Source of the DNA: Candidatus Kaiserbacteria bacterium
Lineage (GTDB): Bacteria > Patescibacteriota > Minisyncoccia > Phycocordibacterales > UBA2100
DNA length: 32,422 bases
Direction of reading: 5' to 3'
Assembly: GCA_027082835.1 (NCBI GenBank)
Contig: JALWTP010000001.1
Coordinates: 1 to 32,422 of the forward strand
Of the stretch, positions 1 through 10,183 are shown piece by piece. Made by a program: the position numbers and the translations under genes. Under the pieces are notes generated by a model. The model had not been told where the DNA came from and ran no database searches. It saw nothing but the letters and a program-made list of their open reading frames with translations. How positions within the stretch are numbered: the first letter of the stretch is position 1; each line of letters starts with the position of its first letter.

Positions 1-149
1 CACTCTTTGCATTCAAGTACGATTGCATATACTTCAGATTTGCGAATGGGAACCTTTACGATACTTCCCTTTGAAAAGGTTTCGGACGAGAAATAGGTGA
101 GTGCGTCTTTTGATCGTTTTTGAATAGGGGAAACAGTTACTAAATACAT
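1..149 (-). CDS. priA: Primosomal protein N' (PriA)-like, N-terminal part (runs off the window)
   Basis: Not in the ORF track. My translation from ATG 149: MYLVTVSPIQKRSKDALTYFSSETFSKGSIVKVPIRKSEVYAIVLECKE. This fits the PriA N-terminal LTY...G..V.VP.....aiV pattern. TATACT lies 6 nt upstream. Confidence 0.6.
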   Translation of the reverse strand, partial: MYLVTVSPIQKRSKDALTYFSSETFSKGSIVKVPIRKSEVYAIVLECKE

Positions 150-205
150 ACGAGTAGTATATAGCTTGAATAGAAATACCGCTATGTATTAACACTCACT
201 AGGAT

Positions 206-961
206 TTAATATGAAAGTGTAAAGAATTTGTCGCCGTCTTGTATGAAAAGAAGTCGTTTTGTATCTGGCGATGGTGTCGCTTTAGGCGAAGTGCCTTTAT
301 AGAGCGGGAAGAAGTTTTCAACGGAATCGCCTTGTATATCTATTACCGCCACGGTGTCTTGGGCCGATATGATAATTGCCGTATCGGTATCATTGTACCA
401 GTTTATGGAGCGTATTGGTGTTTTTGCAGTAAAGACTTTCTTTTGTGTATCTTTATATTGTTCGTATATAGTCACTCCTTCCACCCATATTTTTTTATCA
501 TTTTTAATAAGTGGTGTTGAGCGGGTCGGCTCACGGTAGTTATTTATTAAATGGCTCGCTGTCTGTATACGCTCAGCGTCTTTTTCTTTGTTGAGTTCAA
601 CTACCTTTGGTGTTCGTGTCACTTGTGTAGGGTGAAATGTTATACGCTCTCCCTTGGATGGAGTAGTCGTTATAATCCATGGCCACACATCAGCGCGCGA
701 TACGATGATGGAGTGTTTTTTTGGAGTAAGGCCGTCTATTTTTGCAACTCCCGACTTATGAATACTGCTAATGCGTCTCTTGTCTACATAGATACTGCTG
801 TTTGGGAGTGAATTGGTTATAGAAATGGTTGCGCCACGCACTATGGAGAATCCTGAAACGACAAATCCAAATTGTGACAGAAGTCCATAGCACAAGACGG
901 CGAGAGATATAGCTCCCGCGCCATACAAAACATATAGTTTTGTGCGCACTCTTTTTTTCAT
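206..961 (-). CDS. Membrane-anchored PEGA-like domain protein
   Basis: Start moved to MKKRV (ATG 961). Basic N-terminus and a TM helix, then a PEGA-like stretch (ISITNSLPNSSIYVD...GLTPKKHSIIVSR...W) and a beta-rich C-terminus. Confidence 0.65.
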   Translation of the reverse strand: MKKRVRTKLYVLYGAGAISLAVLCYGLLSQFGFVVSGFSIVRGATISITNSLPNSSIYVDKRRISSIHKSGVAKIDGLTPKKHSIIVSRADVWPWIITTTPSKGERITFHPTQVTRTPKVVELNKEKDAERIQTASHLINNYREPTRSTPLIKNDKKIWVEGVTIYEQYKDTQKKVFTAKTPIRSINWYNDTDTAIIISAQDTVAVIDIQGDSVENFFPLYKGTSPKATPSPDTKRLLFIQDGDKFFTLSY

Positions 962-1000
962 ATAGATATTAAAGCAATTTACAGCGCATAATGCAAAGGA

Positions 1001-1025
1001 AATGCCGGCAATAGATGCCGGCATT
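1001..1025 (-). terminator. Intrinsic terminator of the 1051-1296 ORF
   Basis: AATGCCGGCA-5 nt-TGCCGGCATT is a perfect 10-bp stem, followed by TCCTTT on the minus strand. Confidence 0.6.
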
Positions 1026-1050
1026 ATTATATTGAGCAAGTGGATTGAAA

Positions 1051-1296
1051 TCACTTGAAGGAATATTGATTTCGTGGAATCGTGACCTTAAATTCGCGGT
1101 CTTCGTCGCCGAATATGCACTTTATGGCACCGTTTTCGGCTGGCCACCAATCGATCATTCTGCAGCAAGATCCGTTTCGGATTCCACCAAGAATTCGATG
1201 AGCCCTTCTCTCAACAAGGCGATTGAATTCCGGGGTCAATTTAGGTTTCACTTTTCCGCCTGGTAGCGGAGCGTCAAGTGCTTTCTTTTTTGTCAT
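1051..1296 (-). CDS. Small hypothetical protein (81 aa)
   Basis: MTKKKALDAPLP...; AGGAG 6 nt upstream of the ATG; own terminator; fills an otherwise empty gap. Confidence 0.55.
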   Translation of the reverse strand: MTKKKALDAPLPGGKVKPKLTPEFNRLVERRAHRILGGIRNGSCCRMIDWWPAENGAIKCIFGDEDREFKVTIPRNQYSFK

Positions 1297-1457
1297 TACA
1301 ATCTCCTGTTTTGATTTGCCGAGGTACATAATTGCATATTGAAACAGGTCGTGCAACTGAGCGTCTCAACACAGTGGATTGACACGCTCCGATTGCAGGT
1401 GTATATCTGAAATTTTACAAGCCAAAGAGGAAAGATTCAGGTACAATGCAAAGCACT

Positions 1458-2483
1458 ATGTTTAAGTTTAACTTCACTATGAAGCCGAAATTGGGGATTG
1501 ACCTCGGTACCACCTATACACTGGTGTATGTTCCCAATAAAGGGGTGGTGTTGCGAGAGCCATCTGTGGTGGCAGTATCGGAACAAGACAATAAAATACT
1601 TGCCGTTGGCGATGAAGCAAAAGAGATGATAGGACGAACTCCTGATGATATTGTCGCCTACAGACCAATGAAAGACGGCGTGATAGCGGACTATCGCGTA
1701 ACCGAGGCGATGCTTCGCTACTATATGCGCAAGGCAATGAGCTGGCAAACCATCTTTCGTCCTGATGTTATTATTTCGGTCCCTGCAGGGGTAACCTCTG
1801 CAGAGAGGCGCGCGGTGGTGGAAGCTGCTATTAAAGCGGGAGCAAAAACGGCACAGGTAGTGAAAGAGCCCATACTCGCGGCAATCGGAGCGGGTATTCC
1901 CATTCATGAAGCCCATGGTCATATGATAGTAGACATCGGCGGCGGAACGATAGATGTTGCCGTGATAGCACTCGGCGGTATCGTAGCTTCCACTTCGGTC
2001 AAATGTGCGGGAAATAGAATGGACGAAGCAATAATTGCGCATATGAAAAAGACATTTAATCTTGCGATTGGCGATACAATGGCAGAGGCGATCAAGGTCA
2101 CTATTGGCTCGGCAATTCCGCTTGAAGAAGAGTTGGTAATGACGGTAAAAGGACGCGACTATCTCACCGGACTACCAAAGTCAGTTGAGCTTTCAACAAA
2201 TGAAATAGTAAAAGCACTCGGAAGAGAGTTGCGTGAGATAATTAAAGCAATTCGCGATGTACTGCAAGAAACACCACCGGAACTTGCATCAGACATTATT
2301 GACAATGGTATAATTATGACCGGCGGTTCAAGTCAGCTGCGCAATTTTCCCGAGTTGGTATATCGGCGCACCGGTGTACGCGCACAACTTGCAGACGATG
2401 CGCTCTTTAGTGTGGTAAAAGGAACGGGTATAGCGCTGGAGCATCTGAATGTATACAAAAAAGCCATTATCGCCAAGCGATAG
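1458..2483 (+). CDS. mreB: Rod shape-determining protein MreB/Mbl (paralog 1)
   Basis: GIDLGT, EPSVVA, RPMKDGVIAD, DIGGGT and TGGSS actin-fold motifs. Start could be 1446, 1458 or 1479. Confidence 0.95.
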   Translation: MFKFNFTMKPKLGIDLGTTYTLVYVPNKGVVLREPSVVAVSEQDNKILAVGDEAKEMIGRTPDDIVAYRPMKDGVIADYRVTEAMLRYYMRKAMSWQTIFRPDVIISVPAGVTSAERRAVVEAAIKAGAKTAQVVKEPILAAIGAGIPIHEAHGHMIVDIGGGTIDVAVIALGGIVASTSVKCAGNRMDEAIIAHMKKTFNLAIGDTMAEAIKVTIGSAIPLEEELVMTVKGRDYLTGLPKSVELSTNEIVKALGRELREIIKAIRDVLQETPPELASDIIDNGIIMTGGSSQLRNFPELVYRRTGVRAQLADDALFSVVKGTGIALEHLNVYKKAIIAKR

Positions 2484-2485
2484 TT

Positions 2486-3118
2486 ATGATTCTCAAAGAA
2501 ATTGAAAACAAAGATCTCTTTCACACCTATATATGTGAAAGTTCCGATTCAGATATAGTACGCAATATAACAGCGGCGCTAAAAAAAGCATATCCGGAAG
2601 CAGAATTATATGCACGCGAGTTTGATTTGTTTGGTGTTGACGATAGTCGAGAGCTTTTTGAGCGGGCGAGTGTGAAGTCTGCAAACGGGCAATGCTTTGT
2701 ATATAAGATACACAAGATTACATCAGAGGCACAAAACGCACTGCTTAAACTACTTGAAGAACCCGCTCCTCATACACATTTCTTTTTCTGTTTTCCATAC
2801 ATTGGGTCACTGATGCCGACGGTGCTGTCGCGTGCGCGCGTGATAAAGGCAGATGGTACAGGAGGCGATGCGACAGAGAGTGTATTGAACCTTTCCAAGA
2901 AAGAGTTGATAGAAAAAATAGGGGAACTGGCTGATGAAAAGGATATAAATGGTGCAAACGATTTACTGAAGAATATAGAGCGCGAGGCATACGCAAAAGC
3001 ACTACACAAAACACATACTGATTTATTTATTCATATCGCAAATGTACGAAGAGCACTGCAAGGTAGCGGCACTTCTATAAAGATGCTTCTTGAGAGTGTG
3101 GTGCTACTGCTTCCGTAG
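2486..3118 (+). CDS. holB: DNA polymerase III delta' subunit-like (short)
   Basis: EAQNALLKLLEEP and PTVLSRA motifs; no Walker A or Zn module. Confidence 0.8.
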   Translation: MILKEIENKDLFHTYICESSDSDIVRNITAALKKAYPEAELYAREFDLFGVDDSRELFERASVKSANGQCFVYKIHKITSEAQNALLKLLEEPAPHTHFFFCFPYIGSLMPTVLSRARVIKADGTGGDATESVLNLSKKELIEKIGELADEKDINGANDLLKNIEREAYAKALHKTHTDLFIHIANVRRALQGSGTSIKMLLESVVLLLP

Positions 3119-3149
3119 AGAACAAAATAGAATATGTTATACTACAGTT

Positions 3150-3698
3150 ATGTTTGATTTTTCAGAATTACAACTAAAACTTTCAGAAGTCCGAGAGTGG
3201 CTTGTCAAAGAGTATAAAGGCGTGCGCACAGGACGAGCGACACCTTCGTTCTTGGATTCCATTCAAGTTGAAAGCTATGGATCTCGTGTGCCGCTTAATC
3301 AGGTTGCAAATGTAGGAGTGGAAGATGCCAGGACACTTAAAATATCTCCTTGGGATGCTTCTACACTTAAAGATATAGAAAAGGCAATTACCAATGCCGA
3401 TCTTGGAGTAGGTGTACTTAACGATGGAGCGGGTATTCGCATTTCATTTCCCGAGCTTACCTCAGAGAGACGAGAGTCATTGATTAAAATTGCAAAAGAC
3501 AAGCTTGAGTCTGCACGACAAAGTGTGCGTGGAGCACGCGAAGACGCGTGGAACAAAATCCAAGAAGCAGAAAAGGCGGGAGAGATAAGCGAAGATGAAA
3601 AATTTAAGGCAAAGGATGACTTGCAGAAAAAAATAGACGAAGAGAATACGGCACTTGAAGAAATGTTTGCCAAAAAACAGGAGGAGATTAATAACTAA
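3150..3698 (+). CDS. frr: Ribosome recycling factor
   Basis: RTGRATP, ISPWD, PELTSERR, ISEDE; start at MFDF (ATG 3150). Confidence 0.97.
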   Translation: MFDFSELQLKLSEVREWLVKEYKGVRTGRATPSFLDSIQVESYGSRVPLNQVANVGVEDARTLKISPWDASTLKDIEKAITNADLGVGVLNDGAGIRISFPELTSERRESLIKIAKDKLESARQSVRGAREDAWNKIQEAEKAGEISEDEKFKAKDDLQKKIDEENTALEEMFAKKQEEINN

Positions 3699-3780
3699 CC
3701 AATTTTCTGTAATAGATATCCCCCATAAATATATAGTATCGGGGCGGAAAAGATGTGGGTAGGATATACTACACTGTGAT

Positions 3781-4899
3781 ATGGAAGTTTTTACATTTAT
3801 TGCGATATTGGTAGTGCTCATTGTAGTCCATGAATTGGGGCATTTTTTAACAGCAAAACTTTTTGGTATTAAAGTTGACGAGTTTGGGATTGGGTACCCG
3901 CCACGGGCTGCTATTTTTGGAAAGATTGGTGACACGCTCTACACATTGAACTGGCTTCCGTTTGGAGGGTTTGTGCGGATATATGGGGAAGACGATACTA
4001 TTGAATATAATGAAGAAACGGCAAAAGTGGCATTTTCGCAAAAACCACGAATAGTGCAGGCATGTGTTTTGTCTGCCGGTGTTGTCTTTAATGTTATTTT
4101 TGCATGGATGTTGTTTACTGCAGTATTGCTGCTTGGTGCACCGTCTACTGTTGACGAAGCTAAAGTAATAGACGGTAGTGCTTCAGCACGATTGGTGCTT
4201 ACGGCAGTATTGCCTCAGTCGCCTGCGCAAGAGGTAGGGCTGACTTCGGGAGATGAGATAGTAAACATTACCAGCAAAGGACATAGCGTGGGACATTTGG
4301 TACCCAGTGAGGTCTCCGCATTTATTCAAGACAATGTTAGTAGAGATATTGTAATATCATACAAACGCGAAGGTGACGACACCATCTTTAAAACGATCCC
4401 ATTTTCTGCGGCACACGGAGTGCTGAAGAGTAGTCCGGGTACGCCGGCTATCGGAATAAGTATGGCACTTATTGGCGACTCTCGTCTTTCCTTTGGAGAA
4501 GCGGCAGTGCGCGCCGGAAAACAAACGGTACACACAGCATACGCAGTGGTGGTTGGCCTTAAAGGGTTTTTCACCACGGTAGTCTTGGGCACTGCCGATT
4601 GGAGTCAGATTGCGGGACCTGTTGGATTAGTGAGTTTGGTGGGAGATGCTACTTCTGTTGGATTTGTATATTTACTGTACTTCATTGCGTTTATATCGGT
4701 CAATCTTGCTGTTATAAACTTGATACCGCTTCCTGCACTTGATGGTGGGCGTTTAGCAATACTTGGTATTGAAGCCGTTATCCGCAGACCGCTTCGAAAT
4801 AGAGTTATGTCTTGGATCAATGTCATTGGGTTTGGCGGACTGATACTGCTGATGATAATTGTTACCTATCACGATATCATCAATCTTTTGATGCGATAA
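3781..4899 (+). CDS. rseP: RIP metalloprotease RseP (M50 family, PDZ domain)
   Basis: HELGH, PFGGFV and NLIPLPALDGG motifs; central PDZ-like region. Confidence 0.93.
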   Translation: MEVFTFIAILVVLIVVHELGHFLTAKLFGIKVDEFGIGYPPRAAIFGKIGDTLYTLNWLPFGGFVRIYGEDDTIEYNEETAKVAFSQKPRIVQACVLSAGVVFNVIFAWMLFTAVLLLGAPSTVDEAKVIDGSASARLVLTAVLPQSPAQEVGLTSGDEIVNITSKGHSVGHLVPSEVSAFIQDNVSRDIVISYKREGDDTIFKTIPFSAAHGVLKSSPGTPAIGISMALIGDSRLSFGEAAVRAGKQTVHTAYAVVVGLKGFFTTVVLGTADWSQIAGPVGLVSLVGDATSVGFVYLLYFIAFISVNLAVINLIPLPALDGGRLAILGIEAVIRRPLRNRVMSWINVIGFGGLILLMIIVTYHDIINLLMR

Positions 4900-4965
4900 T
4901 AATGCAAAATGTAAAGACCTCATAGATTGGAGATTGGTAGTGTTTTCTGGTACTATGCGTACCAT

Positions 4966-6240
4966 ATGAAAACAGCAGTACGACAATCAGATCTATTTAC
5001 TAAAACACGAAAAGAGGCACCAAAGGACGAAGTATCAAAAAATGCAAAACTCCTTATTCGTGCCGGCTACATTCATAAAGAAATGGCGGGAGTTTATGAC
5101 CTTCTACCTCTGGGGTTGCGTACTTTTAATAATATAGTGCGAGTCATTCGTGAAGAGATGGATAGTATCGGCGGGCAGGAGATGAGTATGTCAGCACTGC
5201 AAGATCCTGAAGTGTGGAAGCTCTCCGGCAGATGGGACGATGAGCAAGTGGATGTGTGGTTTAAAACACATCTTCACAGTGGAGAGAAGTATCACGGTGG
5301 ATCGCAATTGGGTATTGCCAACACACACGAAGAGCCAATAACAAAACTTTTGAAAGGGCACATTTCTTCGTATAAAGATTTGCCAAAATATGTATATCAA
5401 TTTCAGACTAAGTTTCGTAACGAGGTGCGTGCAAAAAGCGGCATAATGCGAACACGGGAGTTTGTAATGAAAGATTTATATTCTTTCAACACAGACGAAG
5501 TGGGATTTCGTGAGTTTTATGAAAAGTGTGCTGATGCGTATGTGCGCATTTTCAAGCGATTGGGCATAGGAGATAAAACATACCGCACCTTTGCAAGTGG
5601 AGGATCTTTTTCTCAGTTTAGTGATGAGTTCCAAACGGTGTCAGAGTCCGGTGAAGATCTTATTTATATTAACGAAAAAGAAGGAAGAGCGCTCAATAAA
5701 GAAGTGAATACCGAAGAAGTGATAAAAGATCTTGGTTGGGACGGAGTTGAGTTGAAAGAGCAAAAGGCAATAGAGGTGGGAAACATCTTTCCTTTGGGTA
5801 CAAAGTTCTCAGAGGCAATTGGATTGCAATATAAGAACGAGGAAGGGAAGCCGGTATACCCTATTATGGGATCATATGGTATCGGTCCTGCTCGTGCTAT
5901 GGGGACTGTTGCCGAAATACTCTCAGATGAAAGAGGGTTGGTATGGCCAGAGGAGATAGCACCGTTTAAGTATCATATGATTTCACTTGATAACGGAAAC
6001 GAAGAAGTAAAAAATGAGGCGGAGCGACTTTTTGAAGAGATGACCGAAAGAGGGATGAGGGGTTTGTAGGACGATAGGGCACTGCGCGCCGGCAAGAAAT
6101 TTGCCGATGCTGATCTTATCGGTATTCCAAAGCAAATAATCATAAGCGAAAAAACGCTGGCTTCGGGCGAGTATGAGATTATAAATAGAGCAACGGGAGT
6201 GTCTACTTTGGTGCACGAACAGGACTTACTTAACGAATAG
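4966..6240 (+). CDS. proS: Prolyl-tRNA synthetase (short type without editing insertion), with an internal in-frame TAG at 6067-6069
   Basis: LLIRAGYI, FRNEVRAKSGIMRTREF, GNIFPLGTKFS, MGSYGIG. After the TAG the same frame continues DDRALRAGKKFADADLIGIP... (anticodon-binding domain) to TAG 6238-6240. Confidence 0.9.
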
Positions 6241-6244
6241 GTAT

Positions 6245-7327
6245 ATGGAAGTAGTGCGCAGATGGATACAAATAATACGAACTAAGATATCAGGTCTTTT
6301 CTCGGATGATATTGGCATTGATCTTGGTACGGCAAACACGCTCGTGTATGTGCACGGGAAAGGGATTGTGATAAACGAGCCGTCAATGGTGGCGATAAAC
6401 CAAAAAACAGGGCAAGTGGTTGCAATAGGTAATGATGCGAAAAATATGCTCGGACGTACTCCAGCGCATGTGGTAGCGGTCCAACCGCTGATAGATGGGG
6501 TGATATCAGACTTTGAAGTGGCAGAAGAAATGCTCGGATATTTGATACGCAAGGCACAGGACGGAAAACCAAAATTCTTTGGACCGCGTGTGGTTATTGG
6601 CGTACCGTCAGGTATAACATCGGTGCAGGTGCGTTCGGTACAAGACGCGGCGCGCAACGCGGGAGCTCGTGAGGTATTTATTGTAGAGGAGCCGATGGCG
6701 GCAGCGATAGGTATTCGTCTTCCGGTAAACAATCCGTCAGGTTCTATGATTATTGATATTGGTGGCGGTACTACTGATATTGGGGTTATTTCACTGGGTG
6801 GATTGGTGAATGCAAAAAATGTAAATATAGCGGGAGATAAATTGAATGATGATATTATCAATTATGTGCGTGGCGAGTTTAAAATACTTATAGGAACTCG
6901 CACTGCCGAGGCGATAAAAATAGCAACAGCGTCCGTATTTGAAAACGAAAATCCATTTGAAGAAACGATACGGGGACGCGACTTAGTTTCAGGACTTCCT
7001 CGCGAGGTGGTGATTACTGATGCAGATGTACGCGAAGCTATTGGAAGTTCCATAGACCAACTCGTAGACGCCGCCAAAGAGGTGCTGGAAACAGCTCCAC
7101 CTGAAGTGATATCCGACATAATGCAAAAAGGTATCTATCTTGCCGGAGGAGGAGCACTTATACGCGGGCTCCCTATGCTGTTGAGTGAAAATCTTGGGAT
7201 ACAAGTACATGTTCCTGATGATCCGCTTACGGCAGTGGTGCGCGGAACAGGAATGATATTAGAAGATTTACAAAAATATGAAGAAACACTTATCACACAG
7301 AGTCACGAACTTTCGCCGACTGAATAA
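6245..7327 (+). CDS. mreB: Rod shape-determining protein MreB (paralog 2)
   Basis: GIDLGTANT, DIGGGTT, AGGGAL; directly upstream of mreC. Confidence 0.95.
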   Translation: MEVVRRWIQIIRTKISGLFSDDIGIDLGTANTLVYVHGKGIVINEPSMVAINQKTGQVVAIGNDAKNMLGRTPAHVVAVQPLIDGVISDFEVAEEMLGYLIRKAQDGKPKFFGPRVVIGVPSGITSVQVRSVQDAARNAGAREVFIVEEPMAAAIGIRLPVNNPSGSMIIDIGGGTTDIGVISLGGLVNAKNVNIAGDKLNDDIINYVRGEFKILIGTRTAEAIKIATASVFENENPFEETIRGRDLVSGLPREVVITDADVREAIGSSIDQLVDAAKEVLETAPPEVISDIMQKGIYLAGGGALIRGLPMLLSENLGIQVHVPDDPLTAVVRGTGMILEDLQKYEETLITQSHELSPTE

Positions 7328-7343
7328 TTCTGTCAGTTTTTCA

Positions 7344-8114
7344 ATGCGTAGGCGTATTTTTACCGTTGCGGTAGCACTATTTTTGATAATGCTTTTGTTA
7401 AACTTTATAACAGGAGGAGCAGTATCTGCGTTTTTGCGTCCATCTGAAAAAATAATTTTCGGTACACACTCTTTTATACAAAAAATAACAAATCCAATAT
7501 ACATAACTTTTGTCAGTAAGAAGAAGCTACAAAAAGAAAATGAACAATTGAAAAACAAACTTATCTCATATGAACTCTACGCACTTAATAACAAAATACT
7601 TAAAGATGAAAATGACACATTGAGAGCATTTCTTGGTGGAGAGACTCTTACTCAGAAAGTGCAAAAAAGGCACTTAGAAAATGTATTAACAACATCTGGA
7701 ATAATGCATTATGGCGTTGTACCAATTACTTTTTCCGGATCGTATAATTCTCATATAGGTTCGTTAGTATTTTGGGGCAATGACGCTCTTATTGGCACAG
7801 TACAAAATGTATATAAACATACTCAAGATGTTTTGCTGTTTTCCGCATCTGGTGCTAAAACAAATGTATTATTGCGCACAGGCAAAAGAGATATACCAAT
7901 GGAGGTACAAGGAATCGGAGCGGGTAATATGGTGGGGAAGCTGCCGCGTGATATTGTGGTAAAAAAGGGAGATTCTGTTATTTATAAATCTGCACCGGAG
8001 GTGGTGCTTGGAATAGTTGGAAGTGTAGAAGCAAAGCCGTCTGACGCACTGCAGACAATACGCATATATGTTCCCATTAAAATAAATAGTATAAAGCAGG
8101 TGTTGGTAGAGTAA
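7344..8114 (+). CDS. mreC: Rod shape-determining protein MreC
   Basis: N-terminal TM helix, coiled coil (LQKENEQLK...LKDENDTLR), beta C-terminus; synteny with mreB and pbp2. Start uncertain. Confidence 0.8.
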   Translation: MRRRIFTVAVALFLIMLLLNFITGGAVSAFLRPSEKIIFGTHSFIQKITNPIYITFVSKKKLQKENEQLKNKLISYELYALNNKILKDENDTLRAFLGGETLTQKVQKRHLENVLTTSGIMHYGVVPITFSGSYNSHIGSLVFWGNDALIGTVQNVYKHTQDVLLFSASGAKTNVLLRTGKRDIPMEVQGIGAGNMVGKLPRDIVVKKGDSVIYKSAPEVVLGIVGSVEAKPSDALQTIRIYVPIKINSIKQVLVE

Positions 8115-8115
8115 T

Positions 8116-8367
8116 ATGAAGTATTTACGCATATTTTTATTTGGTATATTCGCGGCAAGTATAGTATATAGCGCACCCATTGTATTTCTTACTGTTGGAA
8201 TTATATTGCTCATACAGAAGTTTTCTTACGCCGTGATTCTTATCGGGTTTGTATACGATATGATTTTTAATCACACCGCAGGAGGATACCCACTTTTCTA
8301 TACCTCTATGTTTGCGGTTGTTGCCATGGTGTCGTTTTATATAAAGAAAAGAATTTTTTGGTATTAA
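8116..8367 (+). CDS. Small polytopic membrane protein, MreD-like by position
   Basis: 83 aa, almost all hydrophobic, with a GFVYD motif; lies between mreC and pbp2. Confidence 0.6.
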   Translation: MKYLRIFLFGIFAASIVYSAPIVFLTVGIILLIQKFSYAVILIGFVYDMIFNHTAGGYPLFYTSMFAVVAMVSFYIKKRIFWY

Positions 8368-8402
8368 TTTGCAACCTGACGCTATTAGTTTAATCTGTAT
8401 AG

Positions 8403-10133
8403 ATGTCTTTGTTGAGAAGAAGAAAAAGAAGTATTTATAACAGTGTCATTGATCCGGATGAAGTACTCCTTGATGCCACCAATCTCCCTTCGTTTAATGT
8501 TGATCAGTTTGAAGGACGAGTAGAGAAGTCTATAGGTAAATATGTACCACTTTGGGTAGGACTTGCGATAGTGTCGTTATTTTTAGTATACGCATATCGC
8601 ATTGGTGACCTGCAAATAGTAAAAGGAGATGCATACGCAATCTTGTCCGCCAAAAATCATCTCAATCACGAAATTATCTTTGCCGAAAGGGGAATTATTT
8701 ATGATAGATATGGCAAAAAATTAGCATGGAATGAACCAAACACAGATAAAAATGGAAATATTGACACCAAGTTATTTGCGCTTCGTAAGTATATAGACTT
8801 ATCAGGATTGTCTATATTGCTTGGGTTTGTACAGTATCCTCAAAAAGACGCCAATAACTATTGGTGGCGTAAAGAATATATCGGTAAAGCAGGTATAGAA
8901 AAAAGTCAAAATGATGTTTTGACAGGGAAAAATGGAGTAAGACTTATAGAAGTGAATGCGCTTGAAGTAGAACAATCATCAAATACCATACAAAAACCAG
9001 TAGATGGGAAAAATATTCATCTTACTATAGATGCACAATTACAACATAAATTGTTTGAAACCATTAAAAGTGGTGTTAATAGATCTCACTTTTTAGGAGG
9101 ATCGGGTGTCATTATGGATGTAAAGACGGGTGAGGTGCTTGCGCTCACGAGCTATCCCGAGTATTCATCACAGGTAATGACCGACGGCACTCCTTCAAAA
9201 ACGATTGCTGCATATTCAAAAGACAAAAGAAAACCGTTTCTCAATCGTGCTGTTTCGGGCGAATACACACCGGGTTCCATAGTGAAGCCCTATGTTGCAT
9301 CAGCGGCACTCCAAGAGAAAATCATAAGTCCATATAAGAAGATATTATCTACAGGAGAGATTCGTGTGCCCAATCCATATGACCCGAAACACGACTCTGT
9401 CTTTAAAGATTGGAAAGCACATGGGTGGGTGGATATGCGCAGAGCAATAGCAGTTTCGTCCAATGTATACTTCTATACAGTAGGTGGTGGATTTGGAGGG
9501 CAAAAAGGTCTTGGTATTGCAAAACTTGCAGCCTACGCTGCTCGCTTCGGGTTTGGTATTCCAACGGAAATTGAGATAGATGGCGAAGCGCGTGGTGTAG
9601 TGCCAACTCCGGCATGGAAGCGAACTGTATTTGGTGATCGCGGAGAATGGCGACTTGGAGACACTTATCACACCGCTATAGGGCAATTTGGTTTTTTGGT
9701 GACACCTATTCAAGCAGTACGATATGTTGCGTCTGTAGCCAATGGCGGTAAGTTGTTGTCGCCACACATACTTTCTAAAACAAAAGTGAAAAGTATTCCC
9801 GTTGGTGTTGATGATAAAAACTTACAAATTGTCAGAGAGGGTATGATACAGGGGGCACTTAAAGGGACTGCTCGGGCGGCGAATGTTAAAGGTATAGATT
9901 TGGCGGGTAAAACCGGTACTGCACAGTTAGGAAATCATAATGAATATATGAACTCATGGGTAATGGGGTTTTGGCCTGCACACAATCCTCGATTTGCGTT
10001 TGCGGTTGTATTGGAAAAAGCTCCTGCACATACACCATTTGGAGCAGCACCTACGATGAATGCGTTTTTCAGATGGCTTGTAGATACGCAACCTGAATAC
10101 ACTTCAGGTCAGTATCCGACACCAGAAAAGTAG
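8403..10133 (+). CDS. mrdA: Penicillin-binding protein 2 (class B)
   Basis: RGIIYDRYG; SxxK (SIVK), SxN (SSN) and KTG motifs; in the mre cluster. Confidence 0.9.
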   Translation: MSLLRRRKRSIYNSVIDPDEVLLDATNLPSFNVDQFEGRVEKSIGKYVPLWVGLAIVSLFLVYAYRIGDLQIVKGDAYAILSAKNHLNHEIIFAERGIIYDRYGKKLAWNEPNTDKNGNIDTKLFALRKYIDLSGLSILLGFVQYPQKDANNYWWRKEYIGKAGIEKSQNDVLTGKNGVRLIEVNALEVEQSSNTIQKPVDGKNIHLTIDAQLQHKLFETIKSGVNRSHFLGGSGVIMDVKTGEVLALTSYPEYSSQVMTDGTPSKTIAAYSKDKRKPFLNRAVSGEYTPGSIVKPYVASAALQEKIISPYKKILSTGEIRVPNPYDPKHDSVFKDWKAHGWVDMRRAIAVSSNVYFYTVGGGFGGQKGLGIAKLAAYAARFGFGIPTEIEIDGEARGVVPTPAWKRTVFGDRGEWRLGDTYHTAIGQFGFLVTPIQAVRYVASVANGGKLLSPHILSKTKVKSIPVGVDDKNLQIVREGMIQGALKGTARAANVKGIDLAGKTGTAQLGNHNEYMNSWVMGFWPAHNPRFAFAVVLEKAPAHTPFGAAPTMNAFFRWLVDTQPEYTSGQYPTPEK

Positions 10134-10183
10134 CTTCTTGCATAGAGTTTATTTTTCAAAATTGTCACGTATAATATGGAACT

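Noticed and set aside
6067-6069. Genome-wide reassignment of TAG or TGA
   Set aside because: mreB1, holB, mrdA and greA end in TAG and murF ends in TGA at the expected positions. No other gene here has internal stops.
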